This document shows positions 48,061 through 58,528 of a stretch of DNA of 64,000 bases, in pieces (the first letter of the stretch is position 1; every line of letters begins with the position of its first letter). Origin of the DNA: an uncultured Candidatus Saccharibacteria bacterium (GTDB lineage Bacteria; Patescibacteriota; Dojkabacteria; SC72; JAFGCJ01); assembly GCA_964481345.1 (NCBI GenBank), contig CAYZTC010000001.1, forward strand, positions 142,188-206,187, in the 5' to 3' direction. A model generated the notes under the pieces. The model saw only the letters and a list, made by a program, of their open reading frames with translations, did not search any database and was not told the DNA's origin. The translations under genes were made by a program, and so were the position numbers.

Positions 48061-48674
48061 TCTGTGGTAATTGGCTTAATCATTAAATCAAACTCTGCAA
48101 TTAACGTATATCCATCTCTGGATATTACCGAGACTTCCGATCCTTCATACCCCTCCGCTTCTACCGATATTACATGCTCACAGCTTTCGATATCGTCTAT
48201 TACTAAAGGGGAATCAGTATATTCATCGCTATCAATTGTGAGTGTAGAATTCTTTGGATTTGTACTGATGTACATCGATGAATTATGGGAATTGTTATCC
48301 CTGTAATAGACAACCGTTGTTGAACTAAACTGTTGTGAAGGACCAATCTCAACTTCTACAAGTGTTCGGGTGTTCTGCTCAATATGGATTTCCCTTGTTA
48401 CCGTAGTGTAAAACCCTTGTTGTGAAGTGATTCTTTTTATTTCAATGCTATAATCACCAGGAGAAAGATTATCCGCCGATAGTGGTGTCTCTCCCATCTT
48501 ATCTCCATTTAGAAAAACCTCTGATTTTCCTCCAGATGAGTTTACAGTAAGTGCAGAGTTTTGCCCAATCAATGAAAGATTAAACAGGTATTTCCATGGT
48601 TGCCAAATAGAGATACCAATCACGATACATATTACAAGTAGAACTAAAGCTATCTTTTTAAGCGATTTCGGCAT
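48057..48674 (-). CDS. PEGA-domain protein (two PEGA repeats) with N-terminal TM
   Basis: 205 aa; VFLNGDKMGETPL...LSPGDYSIEIKR PEGA-like repeats. Confidence 0.55.
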   Translation of the reverse strand: MPKSLKKIALVLLVICIVIGISIWQPWKYLFNLSLIGQNSALTVNSSGGKSEVFLNGDKMGETPLSADNLSPGDYSIEIKRITSQQGFYTTVTREIHIEQNTRTLVEVEIGPSQQFSSTTVVYYRDNNSHNSSMYISTNPKNSTLTIDSDEYTDSPLVIDDIESCEHVISVEAEGYEGSEVSVISRDGYTLIAEFDLMIKPITTE

Positions 48675-48712
48675 GTTAGTATTATAAGTTTGAGGCAGAT
48701 AAAAAACAACAT

Positions 48713-49879
48713 TTAGTATGAGTACTTCTTTTCTGGAGATTCCTTTTCGATATTTTCCTCTTTGGTTTTTTGTTTTTTACTTTCCCTGATTGTGATGTAG
48801 GCTATGAAAACTGAGATTCCTATAAATCCCATTAATATTACAAATGCTCTCAATGCGCCAGAAACAGCAAGAGTGATGGCTCCAAAAACAGTTGTGATAA
48901 GGTATTCAGTAAATGAAACCTGTGTTTCAGATAGTCCTAGGTGAAGAAGTCTGTAATGAAGGTGAGTTTGGTCGCTTATTCCGAGTATTGAGAGTATGTT
49001 TTTAGGTTTGTGTTTTCTATATCTACCAATGAGTACCCATGTAAAATCGAGAATTGGGAGCAACAAGATAAGGATACTTGTCGCTAGTTTTGCCCCTACA
49101 GATACACTTATGGTAGCAAGTATGAAGCCGTAGGAAGATTTTCCCGCTGAGCCTGACCGGATTTTAGCTGGATAGAAGTTATAAAATAGAAATCCAAGTA
49201 TAAGTCCTGCAAAAAGTACACTAATCATTGCGGAATCCCATATTTGGAATCTTATTGCAAGAATAAACACTATTATTGTCGATATCAAAGTATTTCCCTC
49301 CATTAGACCGTCTGTACCTGCCGACACTTTTATTGCAATAGAACAAATTGCAATCCAGAGGATCATTAATAAATCACCTGGCCAAACAAATTCTATCGGA
49401 AGACCGATAAGAGTTGAGGTCCATTTGAATGATTCTAGGTTGATATTAACTCCAAGAGGGTTTCTCATTTCATCAAGATTTAGTGGTGATATTGCTACAA
49501 TAGTTGATGCAATAACGATTGTGAGTAGCTGTAGTCTTCCTGAGAGGTCTAAAGAGTCATCGATTACTCCCATTATGACGATAAGCAGAAGTGCCAGTAT
49601 AAAGAAAATAATTTGAGAGGATGGTGAAGTGTGAATAAGTATCAGGATAATTAGTGGAAGTACGACAGCAAGTCCTCCGAGAAGTGGTGTTGGTTGTTTT
49701 TCTAGGTGTCTAAAATCTGATGGTTTGGTACCTTCTCTCATACTTGGCGGAAGTCCGACCATGACAAGTTTTCTTGAAATATAGCCAACAATTGGGGTTA
49801 ATATGAAACTTACAGCGAATGCAAGTATGAACTCGGGAAGGTAGTTTAGATATTTTTCATATTCAGTGGGAATAGTCAT
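48713..49879 (-). CDS. Glycosyltransferase family 4 polyprenyl-phosphate sugar-1-phosphate transferase (WecA/MraY family)
   Basis: 388 aa polytopic; VIDDSLDLSG (DDxxD-like) motif and 10-11 TM segments. Confidence 0.7.
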   Translation of the reverse strand: MTIPTEYEKYLNYLPEFILAFAVSFILTPIVGYISRKLVMVGLPPSMREGTKPSDFRHLEKQPTPLLGGLAVVLPLIILILIHTSPSSQIIFFILALLLIVIMGVIDDSLDLSGRLQLLTIVIASTIVAISPLNLDEMRNPLGVNINLESFKWTSTLIGLPIEFVWPGDLLMILWIAICSIAIKVSAGTDGLMEGNTLISTIIVFILAIRFQIWDSAMISVLFAGLILGFLFYNFYPAKIRSGSAGKSSYGFILATISVSVGAKLATSILILLLPILDFTWVLIGRYRKHKPKNILSILGISDQTHLHYRLLHLGLSETQVSFTEYLITTVFGAITLAVSGALRAFVILMGFIGISVFIAYITIRESKKQKTKEENIEKESPEKKYSY

Positions 49880-49901
49880 ATTTCACATGTTAATAATATT
49901 T

Positions 49902-50351
49902 TTATGCAACTACAAGAGATAGTGACTTATAGAGAGATATAAAAAATGTAACTGATGTTATAGCAATACATACGAGCAAGAAAGTTGCCAAAGGTCTAAA
50001 TCTGGAGGAAATTTTATAGGCAAGGATAACTGAGACGAGTTGGATAAAAAGGTAAATGAAAATTGTATTTATAACATCAGTGAGAGAAATAAATCTTTTT
50101 GATTCGTTGGAAAAATAGTAGAAGAATGTAATTTCATCTGGAAGTTTATCCCAATTTGAATAAATCCAAGTTGTGGAATATGTTGTTGCAGCAGCATTTA
50201 TGAATATGTCAAACCATAGTAAGGGTGATCTCCAGAATTTGAACTGATCTAAAAATGCAGAAATTTTTAAAAGTCTGTATTTAATCCGGTTCAAAATGTT
50301 TCCAGAATACTTTAGTCCCATCTTCATCTGAGGTTCTTTCTTTTTACTCAT
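49902..50351 (-). CDS. Hypothetical membrane protein
   Basis: 149 aa, 4 TM. Confidence 0.4.
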   Translation of the reverse strand: MSKKKEPQMKMGLKYSGNILNRIKYRLLKISAFLDQFKFWRSPLLWFDIFINAAATTYSTTWIYSNWDKLPDEITFFYYFSNESKRFISLTDVINTIFIYLFIQLVSVILAYKISSRFRPLATFLLVCIAITSVTFFISLYKSLSLVVA

Positions 50352-50709
50352 CGTGCCTTATTATACAACATTAAAATGTCAGTGATTTGTTCAGTCTATG
50401 ATTGAGATGAATGTCTTGATTAGTTATCATACTTTTTGAAATACTTAGATATAATCTCAAATATTGTTTAGATCGGCGTAGATATTAGATTATTCTTAGG
50501 GTGTTTCTTGGTTTTCGAGAATTTATTTTTTAATTAAGATATGTACATATAAAATTATTCAGTAATCAGCCTTGAGTGGTGGTGGATAGAATCTCCAACT
50601 AACATTGATAAACATGGGACGAAATAGGATGATATCTCTTTTTGTTATACTATATTACTTCCTGATCTTTTGATATAATCCGTCTGGGATCTTTAAATGG
50701 AGGTTAACG

Positions 50710-50946
50710 ATGGAAATAGAAAAAGTACTTGCTGGTCTAGCAATAATGTGTGCTGGAGGGCTTGTGTGTGTGAAGGGATATTTTACAGCAGCAGCACATG
50801 TTATTGTAGCTGCAGAGCTGCTTGCAGTAACCACCGTTGGGGTTTCTGATCGATTTGAAAAACTCCCGGCGCTAGTGCAAATGATCATGGGCCTGATGGT
50901 ACCGGGGATTATATATCTTGGGCTATGTCTTGATACTGCCCAATGA
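50710..50946 (+). CDS. Small hydrophobic protein, hypothetical
   Basis: 78 aa ORF; overlaps antisense ORF 50655-50888; either may be spurious. Confidence 0.25.
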   Translation: MEIEKVLAGLAIMCAGGLVCVKGYFTAAAHVIVAAELLAVTTVGVSDRFEKLPALVQMIMGLMVPGIIYLGLCLDTAQ

Positions 50947-51114
50947 ATTTCTCCAACACTTTAATACTCCTGGTATTACCCCAAAGATCCTATACCAGGA
51001 GTAAATTTCTAGTTGCAACAAGGCTCTCTTTCAACATCATCCAGTATTACCTTTAGGATTTCTAATTAGGTTTGTATAAAGGGAAAAGGGTTTAACCTAA
51101 AGCCTGTAGAGGGG

Positions 51115-52065
51115 TCACCTTGAGATTAGAGGGTATCTTAAATCGTATATCCCGTTTTCAAATTTATACATTGATTTACAGTTCCTACACCTGATTTTAG
51201 AGTTTTCAAACTGTAAAGAACCTTTGCATTTTGGACAGGATAGTATTTCCTCCATATTATTAACCTTTTGGTTGTTTCCAGATCGTTTTCTTAGTTTAAG
51301 GAAAATACTTGGAGGCAAGTTTGACCAGCCTAATAGTTTTTGAAAAATTTTCTCGGTAAGGAGAAGTGGCTTTGTACCTAAAAGCCTTTTAAGGAAGGGA
51401 ATTCTTAAGAAGGATACTGAGATTTTCTTTAGAATTCTATATTCATGAGAAACGAGTAGAGTTTTTATCCACTGTGGGTGGAGATTAAGAATAATTCCCT
51501 CATTCTTCCTATTAGCTCCCTCGCATGATCCCTTAGATTCTATTTCATAGGGCTTCTTTGAGAAGATGAAAAATGGTTTAAACCTAAAAAGTGCTCTAAT
51601 TGATGCCTTAATGTTAATTTTGTTTGCATATTCAAGAATAAAGATACCTGATTTTTGAATAACTCTGGATGTTTCATTTATAGCCCTCTCGGGCTCCTCA
51701 AGGTGGTGAATTACTCTTATCATTGATATACCGTTGAATACCGAGTCCTTGAAAGGAAGATTGTAAGCATTGGCAGCAACAAGAAAGACATTTTTTGCAG
51801 AGTTATCTTTTATTGTTTTTTTTGCTTGTTTTAGTGCTCCGATTGAGTAATCACAAATAATCTTGTTTTCATAGTTATCCTGATAGAGGTTTAAGTGTCT
51901 GCCGTACGAACCACCAATATCTAAAAACCAGGTACCTTTTTCCCCAGAAAGCATATTGTTTATTGCGTATTGCTCTGATAGATGCTCATACTGTCTGTTT
52001 TTCCAGTAAGTACTATAGTCATAACTAAACTTGTCGTAATCAGTGATATCGGGTGAAGTTATCAT
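51115..52065 (-). CDS. Class I SAM-dependent methyltransferase with C-terminal Trm112-like zinc ribbon
   Basis: 316 aa; FLDIGGSYGRH (motif I), C-terminal CPKCKGSL...CRNCKSMY. Confidence 0.6.
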   Translation of the reverse strand: MITSPDITDYDKFSYDYSTYWKNRQYEHLSEQYAINNMLSGEKGTWFLDIGGSYGRHLNLYQDNYENKIICDYSIGALKQAKKTIKDNSAKNVFLVAANAYNLPFKDSVFNGISMIRVIHHLEEPERAINETSRVIQKSGIFILEYANKINIKASIRALFRFKPFFIFSKKPYEIESKGSCEGANRKNEGIILNLHPQWIKTLLVSHEYRILKKISVSFLRIPFLKRLLGTKPLLLTEKIFQKLLGWSNLPPSIFLKLRKRSGNNQKVNNMEEILSCPKCKGSLQFENSKIRCRNCKSMYKFENGIYDLRYPLISR

Positions 52066-52093
52066 ATTGTGATTCTACAGGAAACAATAGTAT

Positions 52094-53896
52094 TTAGGAA
52101 CGAGTTAATTTGTCTAGTTCCTCAATTTTTTGGTTTACCTTATTTAATATTTCATTCGATATTTTTGTGTTGCCTTTTTGTTCTGTAATTGTGAGCTTCT
52201 CTCTTAGTTGTGAAATTTCGTTTTTTACAAGATCAACAGTGAGTTTTTTTACGGTATCTTCAAACTCTATTATTAGGTCTTTTATTAATGGTTTTTCGGA
52301 CCAAATAGGTCTCATGGCAGAATCTTGAAGAATACTTGCTCCTTTTTCCGATAGTTTTTTCTTTATGCTTTCAATGTTTAGTTCCTTTTGGTTGATTATT
52401 TGGTCGATAGCGTTTTTTATAGCCTTTTTTATGTTATTGTTTTGTATTATCTCTGCATCTATATCTATTATTTCATTTTTAAGTTCCTGAGAGTATTGAA
52501 GGATCATTGCGAGAAGGTAAGCCTCGGTTGGAATTTCTTTTTTGGGCGGAAGAGTGCTTTTGATTGATGCTTCAATGTTTTCAACTCCCTTCCCTGTCAG
52601 GGTTTCTCGGAGAATTTCTTCACTGATTTCTGTAAGGTTTGAGATCTCTTTTATATGGTGCTCTTTTGTTACATTATCCTTTAGTGATAACATTAATGGC
52701 CATATCTTCTCAATGATTGCTTTTTTACCATTAAGACTCTTGGGAGAATATTTTTGGGCTATTATATTAAGGAAAAAGCTCACGACTGGAATCCTTTTTT
52801 CTATCGTTTTTTCCCATAGCCCTTTATCTTTCTTAATACATTCATCAGCGTCTTGGCCATATAATATCTGTGATGCATACACATTCATTTCTTTATTTAA
52901 TGCAAGTAATGCTGTTCTCATGATTGCTCTTAGACCCGCACTGTCAGAGTCAAACGCGAGTATAAGATCGGGAGTTATTTTTTTAAGCTTTTCAAGTTGC
53001 TCTGTAGTTACTCCTGTACCAAGAGGTGCGACTATGTTTTTTATCCCTGCTTGCCAAGATGAAATAACATCAGTTTGACCCTCAACCAGGATTGTATATT
53101 TGTGCTTTCTTATTGACTGCCTTGCTTGGTAAAAGCCAAATAGGTTTCTTCTTTTCTGGAAGATTATTGTTTCAGGAGAGTTTAAGTATTTTGGTCTATC
53201 TTTATCTTTTCCAAGTATCCTTCCGCTAAATGCGATAGTTCTACCGGATTGGTCAAGTATTGGAAACATTAGCCTGTCAACAAATTTGTCTACAATTTTT
53301 CCATCTCTTTCTACAGCAAGTCCCAGATCAATTAGGTCTTTTTCGGTACATTTATGTTTTGATAGATAGTTTGATAAAGCACGACCGTTGGTTAGTCGAG
53401 GAGCATATCCAATCTTAAATTCATTTATTGCCTTTTGAGAGAATTTTCGCTTTTTAATGTAGTTCCTCGCTTTTTCTCCAAGCTTGCTTTCCTTAAGTAC
53501 CTTGGAGTAAAAATTTGAGGCAAGCTTATGCGATTCATTTGCCTTGTTGAATTTTTCTGATTCTTTTGGATCTCTTTGGGTGTATTTCAACTTGATGCCC
53601 GCTTCATCTGCAAGCAGAGAAAGGACCTCCTTGAATTCAAGGTTTTCAATCTTTTCGAGAAAGGTAAAAACATCTCCACCTTCACCACAGCCAAAGCACT
53701 TGAAGATTTGCATTTCGGGATTGACGGAAAAGGATGGGGTATCTTCTTTATGAAAGGGGCATAGCCCAAATAAATTTTTTCCAGAGGGCTTGAGTCTAAC
53801 GTACCTAGAGACAACGTCTTCTATGGATATACGTGATTTGATTTCATCAATTTGGCTTCTGTCAAATCCTGTTGGTTTAACAATGTTTCCTGCCAT
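52094..53896 (-). CDS. dnaG: DNA primase
   Basis: 600 aa; CHC2 zinc finger CPFHKEDTPSFSV...CFGCGEGGDVFTF and Toprim region. Confidence 0.9.
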   Translation of the reverse strand: MAGNIVKPTGFDRSQIDEIKSRISIEDVVSRYVRLKPSGKNLFGLCPFHKEDTPSFSVNPEMQIFKCFGCGEGGDVFTFLEKIENLEFKEVLSLLADEAGIKLKYTQRDPKESEKFNKANESHKLASNFYSKVLKESKLGEKARNYIKKRKFSQKAINEFKIGYAPRLTNGRALSNYLSKHKCTEKDLIDLGLAVERDGKIVDKFVDRLMFPILDQSGRTIAFSGRILGKDKDRPKYLNSPETIIFQKRRNLFGFYQARQSIRKHKYTILVEGQTDVISSWQAGIKNIVAPLGTGVTTEQLEKLKKITPDLILAFDSDSAGLRAIMRTALLALNKEMNVYASQILYGQDADECIKKDKGLWEKTIEKRIPVVSFFLNIIAQKYSPKSLNGKKAIIEKIWPLMLSLKDNVTKEHHIKEISNLTEISEEILRETLTGKGVENIEASIKSTLPPKKEIPTEAYLLAMILQYSQELKNEIIDIDAEIIQNNNIKKAIKNAIDQIINQKELNIESIKKKLSEKGASILQDSAMRPIWSEKPLIKDLIIEFEDTVKKLTVDLVKNEISQLREKLTITEQKGNTKISNEILNKVNQKIEELDKLTRS

Positions 53897-53908
53897 ATAG
53901 TGTGTAAA

Positions 53909-54877
53909 CTAAGGTTTTTGGCAGTTTACAGTTTCTTTTTCTAACTTGCACTCGATTATACCTATACCCGAATCACTTATGTATAGTAGTTTTTCTTCTT
54001 CATTAATTTTTAGCTTCGTCGATGGAACCTTTCCTGTTTTTAAGTAGATGCTCTTCTCCGCTTGATATTCTAAAGTTGTACCGGGAAGTACTATAGATGT
54101 AATTTCTGGCCTTTCGTCTATTTCTACTTCCAGCCATGTACTTTCTTGGGTTATTTCTATTGAAATTTGCATCGTTATTGAAGTTTCTTCTTTTTCTATT
54201 TCCTCACCAGCAACTTCCTCATTAGCTTCTTCTGCAATAGGAGGACTGTATTCAATATTTCTGGTTAGTACTGCCTCTTTGCCTATATCATCTGGATGTT
54301 TTGATTTAATCACAATGGTGTTCTGACCTTCACTTAGTGTTATATTCACTTCAAAACTACCATCCTCGTTAATTCTGATTGCTTCGTCGTTTATTGTTAG
54401 AAACATATCTCTTTTCGTCTTTCCCTTTACGGTGATTTCGTTTGATTCAACGGTAGAGTTATTTTCGGGAGAATGAATCTCTAGCATTGGGGGCTTTTGA
54501 AAGTTGTAAAACTGGTAGAAAAGATATCCGAGTGTAGAAACCACAAGAAGTATTATCGAAGTAATAATTATTACACTTGGTGTTACAGTAAATTTGACAT
54601 CTTTAATAGATCTTTTAGAGTACCTCACTTCCGCTTTCGAGTTGTCATCTACCGATCTTCTAAAAAGGGCAAGTACTTTTCCTGGATCGATTTTGAGGTA
54701 CCTTGCATAGTTTTGGAGAAAACCTTTCGCATATACAGCAGATGGAAATTTCTCGTATTCGTCGTTTTCCAATGCTTCAAGATAGTGCTTTTGAATTTTT
54801 GTTCCTGCCGATATGTCCTCCAATGACAGATTTTGTCTTTCTCTTTCTTTTTTTATTATTGTACCTGCAGTTAACAT
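53909..54877 (-). CDS. rodZ: RodZ-like cytoskeleton protein (XRE-type HTH + TM + extracytoplasmic domain)
   Basis: 322 aa; N-terminal HTH MLTAGTIIKKERERQNLSLEDIS..., single TM ~aa 100-120. Confidence 0.55.
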   Translation of the reverse strand: MLTAGTIIKKERERQNLSLEDISAGTKIQKHYLEALENDEYEKFPSAVYAKGFLQNYARYLKIDPGKVLALFRRSVDDNSKAEVRYSKRSIKDVKFTVTPSVIIITSIILLVVSTLGYLFYQFYNFQKPPMLEIHSPENNSTVESNEITVKGKTKRDMFLTINDEAIRINEDGSFEVNITLSEGQNTIVIKSKHPDDIGKEAVLTRNIEYSPPIAEEANEEVAGEEIEKEETSITMQISIEITQESTWLEVEIDERPEITSIVLPGTTLEYQAEKSIYLKTGKVPSTKLKINEEEKLLYISDSGIGIIECKLEKETVNCQKP

Positions 54878-54963
54878 TTGGCTTTTGTAATAGGCTTATA
54901 TTTAAGTGATGAAACGAGTGGGCTGTGCTCAATTATATCATCACTGGGGCAGTGAATGAATTT

Positions 54964-57159
54964 CTACTGATCTTCTGTCATCTCTCCATCCATCCTGGTA
55001 AAGAATGCTTCGGCACTCGATATCAGTACCTCCCGTGGTTTACTTCCATCTTGTGGTCCAATTATCTTTGCAGCAAATAGTTCGTCAGTAATTCTTGCGG
55101 CCCTATTGTATCCAATTCTCAGCTTTCTTTGAAGAAGAGAGGATGATCCTTTTCCTGCATTCACTACCACCTTGACGGCTTCTCTAAAAAGTGGATCTTC
55201 TGGCTTTTTCATTACCATTCCGGGTCCAATCTTACTGCCTGGTTTCGGTTTAGTAACCTCTTTATTATATCTGTGATTCTTGCCCTGATCTCTACAATGA
55301 CTTGTTATTTTTGATATTTCATCGTTTGAAAGAAATGCACCTTGTATTCTAAAAGGCCTTGAGCTGCTGGGATCCCTAAATAGCATATCTCCATTTCCTA
55401 AAAGATTTTCTGCGCCATTCATATCTAGTATCACCCTTGAGTCGGTAGAGGTTGCTACGTTCATTCCTACTCTTGCTGGTATGTTTGCCTTAATTAGTCC
55501 CGTTAGCACATCCACTGAGGGTCTCTGGGTAGCCAAAATCAAGTGTATTCCAGTAGCTCTAGACATTTGTGCCAGTTTTACAATTTTGTTTTCAACTTCT
55601 ATTCCAGATGAAAGCATTAGATCAGCCATTTCATCTACAACAAGGCACAAATATTGCAGGGCAGGAAATCCCATTTTTGCATTGTATTCTTGGATATTTC
55701 TCACTGCAGATTTATTAAATATTCTGAATCTTTTTTTCATCTCGACAAGTAGCCAGTCAAGTGAATATACAACCTTTTCAACATCAGTAATTACCGGAGT
55801 TAACAGATGGGGGATACCATTATATGGAGGGAGTTCTACCATTTTTGGATCTACGAGTATGAATTTTACATAGTCGGGAGAGTGTCTCATCAGCATTCCA
55901 CAAATTATCGCATTTATACTTACAGACTTTCCTGATCCAGTAGCTCCAGCCACTAAGATATGGGGCATTTTTGTAAGGTCTCTAACGATAATTTTTCCAG
56001 TAAGGCCTTTTCCAAAAATAAGTGGAAGGTTTCCCTCAAATTCCTGCCATTCTTTTGAGTCAGTTACCTCACTCATTGATACAAGGGATGCATTAGCATT
56101 TGGCATTTCGATTCCAATGAGTGATGTTCCCGGTATTGGCGCAACGATTCTAACTGATCCTGAAGGTGCCGCAAGAGCAAGTGCGAGGTCATTTCCTAGG
56201 CTGCTGATTCTTGATACTCTTGTTCCGATAGTGATGCTAAGTGCATACTGTACAACCCTTGGTCCGACAGATCTTTCTGTAACTTTTGCCATAATCTTAA
56301 AGCTCTTTAGTGTATCTTCTATAATCTTTGCATTCTTCTTATGAATTTCTGGATCTTGTTTTACCGGTTGGGATGGATTTAAAAGGTCGAGAGATGGTAT
56401 TTTCCAGCTTGGATATTTAATAATGTCCTCTTCTTTCGTTGACTCCACATTTCCGACTCCGTTGTCATTAGTTAGATACGCAGGTGATTCTTTGGGAGTT
56501 TGTTTTTCTTCCTTTAACTTAGACTTTTCGATTTTATCTGATTCGTCAGTTTGAGAGTCATTTATTTTTGTTGAGCTACCTACAAATTGGGTTGAGGTCT
56601 CTAAATCTTCTGAGATTTTGGGTTTTCTTGAGAATGTCTCTGAAAGCTTTTTGAAGAGGTTGTCGAAGAACTCTTTCATCTGGTTGATACTCGTGTCTGA
56701 TATAAGGGAGATGGATATGAGTCCGGTTATTGCAAATATTATTACAGAAGCTATCCTTCCAAATGTGTCAATCATTACCTTATTTAGCTGATATCCTAGC
56801 ATTCCCCCTCCTTCGCCTTGGAGTGCTTCGAATTTTGCGTCCTCAACTGGGATTACAAAATGTGAGATTGTAGAGAATATTAATGTTAACAACACAAAGC
56901 CAATAATTTGCTTGGGCTTGTTGATGAAAAGATCGTATCCAAGTATGTACAGTCCAAGTAATATTAAGGTTATTCCTCCAGGTACTGCACCAATACCTAC
57001 CAATCCTTTTACTTTTTCAAAAATAAGCCCATCTAAACTGAAACTCATCACTGAAAGTAATCCAAGTATTGAGAAGATTAAGCCAACGAAAGTCTTTGTT
57101 TCCTGGCTTTTTATAGTAATTTCTTTTTTGCGTGGACGTCCTCGTTTTCTCCTACTCAT
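54964..57159 (-). CDS. ftsK: DNA translocase FtsK/SpoIIIE
   Basis: 731 aa; N-terminal TM segments, Walker A ILVAGATGSGKSV, C-terminal gamma domain. Confidence 0.9.
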   Translation of the reverse strand: MSRRKRGRPRKKEITIKSQETKTFVGLIFSILGLLSVMSFSLDGLIFEKVKGLVGIGAVPGGITLILLGLYILGYDLFINKPKQIIGFVLLTLIFSTISHFVIPVEDAKFEALQGEGGGMLGYQLNKVMIDTFGRIASVIIFAITGLISISLISDTSINQMKEFFDNLFKKLSETFSRKPKISEDLETSTQFVGSSTKINDSQTDESDKIEKSKLKEEKQTPKESPAYLTNDNGVGNVESTKEEDIIKYPSWKIPSLDLLNPSQPVKQDPEIHKKNAKIIEDTLKSFKIMAKVTERSVGPRVVQYALSITIGTRVSRISSLGNDLALALAAPSGSVRIVAPIPGTSLIGIEMPNANASLVSMSEVTDSKEWQEFEGNLPLIFGKGLTGKIIVRDLTKMPHILVAGATGSGKSVSINAIICGMLMRHSPDYVKFILVDPKMVELPPYNGIPHLLTPVITDVEKVVYSLDWLLVEMKKRFRIFNKSAVRNIQEYNAKMGFPALQYLCLVVDEMADLMLSSGIEVENKIVKLAQMSRATGIHLILATQRPSVDVLTGLIKANIPARVGMNVATSTDSRVILDMNGAENLLGNGDMLFRDPSSSRPFRIQGAFLSNDEISKITSHCRDQGKNHRYNKEVTKPKPGSKIGPGMVMKKPEDPLFREAVKVVVNAGKGSSSLLQRKLRIGYNRAARITDELFAAKIIGPQDGSKPREVLISSAEAFFTRMDGEMTEDQ

Positions 57160-57329
57160 GCTTTCATTCTATATTGATATTGAAGTAAAATGCAATTATA
57201 TTGCTAATGTAAATATTGTATTGGTAATTTTTAAGATTCTGAAGTGTCAAATGTGAAAAGAGGCAATGTGACTGGCTGGAAAAGGCACGTGGTATAATCG
57301 AAACGTTAAGTTAATCCTCATAAATCACA

Positions 57330-58271
57330 ATGTTCAAGAAAGCAGTTCTTATTGATTTTCAAGAAGGAGATATTCCTGATAAGTATTTCAATAAACTTAA
57401 GAAGAGTCTTGAGTCATATGAAATGGTGACGAGAGATAAAGCTCCTAATTTTGTTGGTGACTCAGATTGTTTTTTGGTGAAGATTTCCACAAAAATTGAT
57501 AAGGAATTAATTGATTCTGCGCCTAATCTCAAGTATATAGGTGTACTTTCTACTGCTTATGATGCAATAGATGCAAAGTATGCTAGAGAAAAGGGAGTTG
57601 ATGTGTGTAACTTGGGTGGCTATAGTACTGAAGCAGTTGCAGAATTTGCAATTGCGGCATTACTTGAGGTAGTGAGAGAACTTACTAGGGCTAAGGAACA
57701 GGAACAAAATCAGGATTACTCCTTCAACAAGTTTATGTGTTCTGAGTTGAAGGATAAAGTCCTTGGGGTTATTGGTGCTGGAAAAATTGGTGGAAGAATA
57801 GCAGAGATAGCGAATGGTTTTGGGATGAAGGTGAAATATTTTTCTCGTTCAAAGAAACCTAATTTGGACAAGTTTGGAGCTATTAAAGAAGAGTTAGATA
57901 AGGTTATCTCTGACTCTGATTATCTCGCTTTAGCACTTGTCTTGAATGATGAAACAAGAGAAATTTTATCCAAAGAGAAATTAGATATGATTAAGAAAGA
58001 TGTAATTCTTGTAAATATTGCACCTATGGAATTACTGGATAAAGATGCTGTATTAGAAAAAACTAATAGGGGAGATTTTACTTTGATTTTTGACCATTCA
58101 GATGATATTACTCCAGGACTTGCAAAGAAATTTCTTGGTTCTAAAGGATGTATTGTGTATCCGCCTGTTGCATTCAGGACAGATGAGGCAAATATTGCGA
58201 AGCTAACAATTTTTGTGGAAAATGTTGAAAAATTTCTATCTGGGAAACCGATAAATGTAGTGAATGTGTGA
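57330..58271 (+). CDS. D-isomer-specific 2-hydroxyacid dehydrogenase (NAD-binding)
   Basis: 313 aa; GVIGAGKIGGRIAE NAD motif; TATAAT at 57283-57288 upstream. Confidence 0.75.
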   Translation: MFKKAVLIDFQEGDIPDKYFNKLKKSLESYEMVTRDKAPNFVGDSDCFLVKISTKIDKELIDSAPNLKYIGVLSTAYDAIDAKYAREKGVDVCNLGGYSTEAVAEFAIAALLEVVRELTRAKEQEQNQDYSFNKFMCSELKDKVLGVIGAGKIGGRIAEIANGFGMKVKYFSRSKKPNLDKFGAIKEELDKVISDSDYLALALVLNDETREILSKEKLDMIKKDVILVNIAPMELLDKDAVLEKTNRGDFTLIFDHSDDITPGLAKKFLGSKGCIVYPPVAFRTDEANIAKLTIFVENVEKFLSGKPINVVNV

Positions 58272-58348
58272 ACGTTATAGTAATAAGTGAAGCTGCAATT
58301 TGAAAAACCGAGAATTATGTGTATAATAAGTATTTAGCGCGTTTTTAG

Positions 58349-58378
58349 TTTGACTTTGGCGTTTTGCTGTGATAAAAT
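58349..58378 (+). promoter_or_regulatory. Putative sigma70 promoter for rpoB-rpoC (TTGACT-N18-TAAAAT)
   Basis: ttgactttggcgttttgctgtgataaaat ~150 bp upstream of rpoB ATG. Confidence 0.4.
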
Positions 58379-58528
58379 CAGCGAACTTTTTTGTGCCAAT
58401 TGGCTAAGAACATTTTTGTAATAGTGTTTTTTGAAGTTTTTACAGATTCAAAGTAGGTTTTAAACAGAAAGAGGCTCTCTAGAGGAGCTTTTTTTACGGT
58501 TCAAATATATAACAATTAAGAGCCTGAT

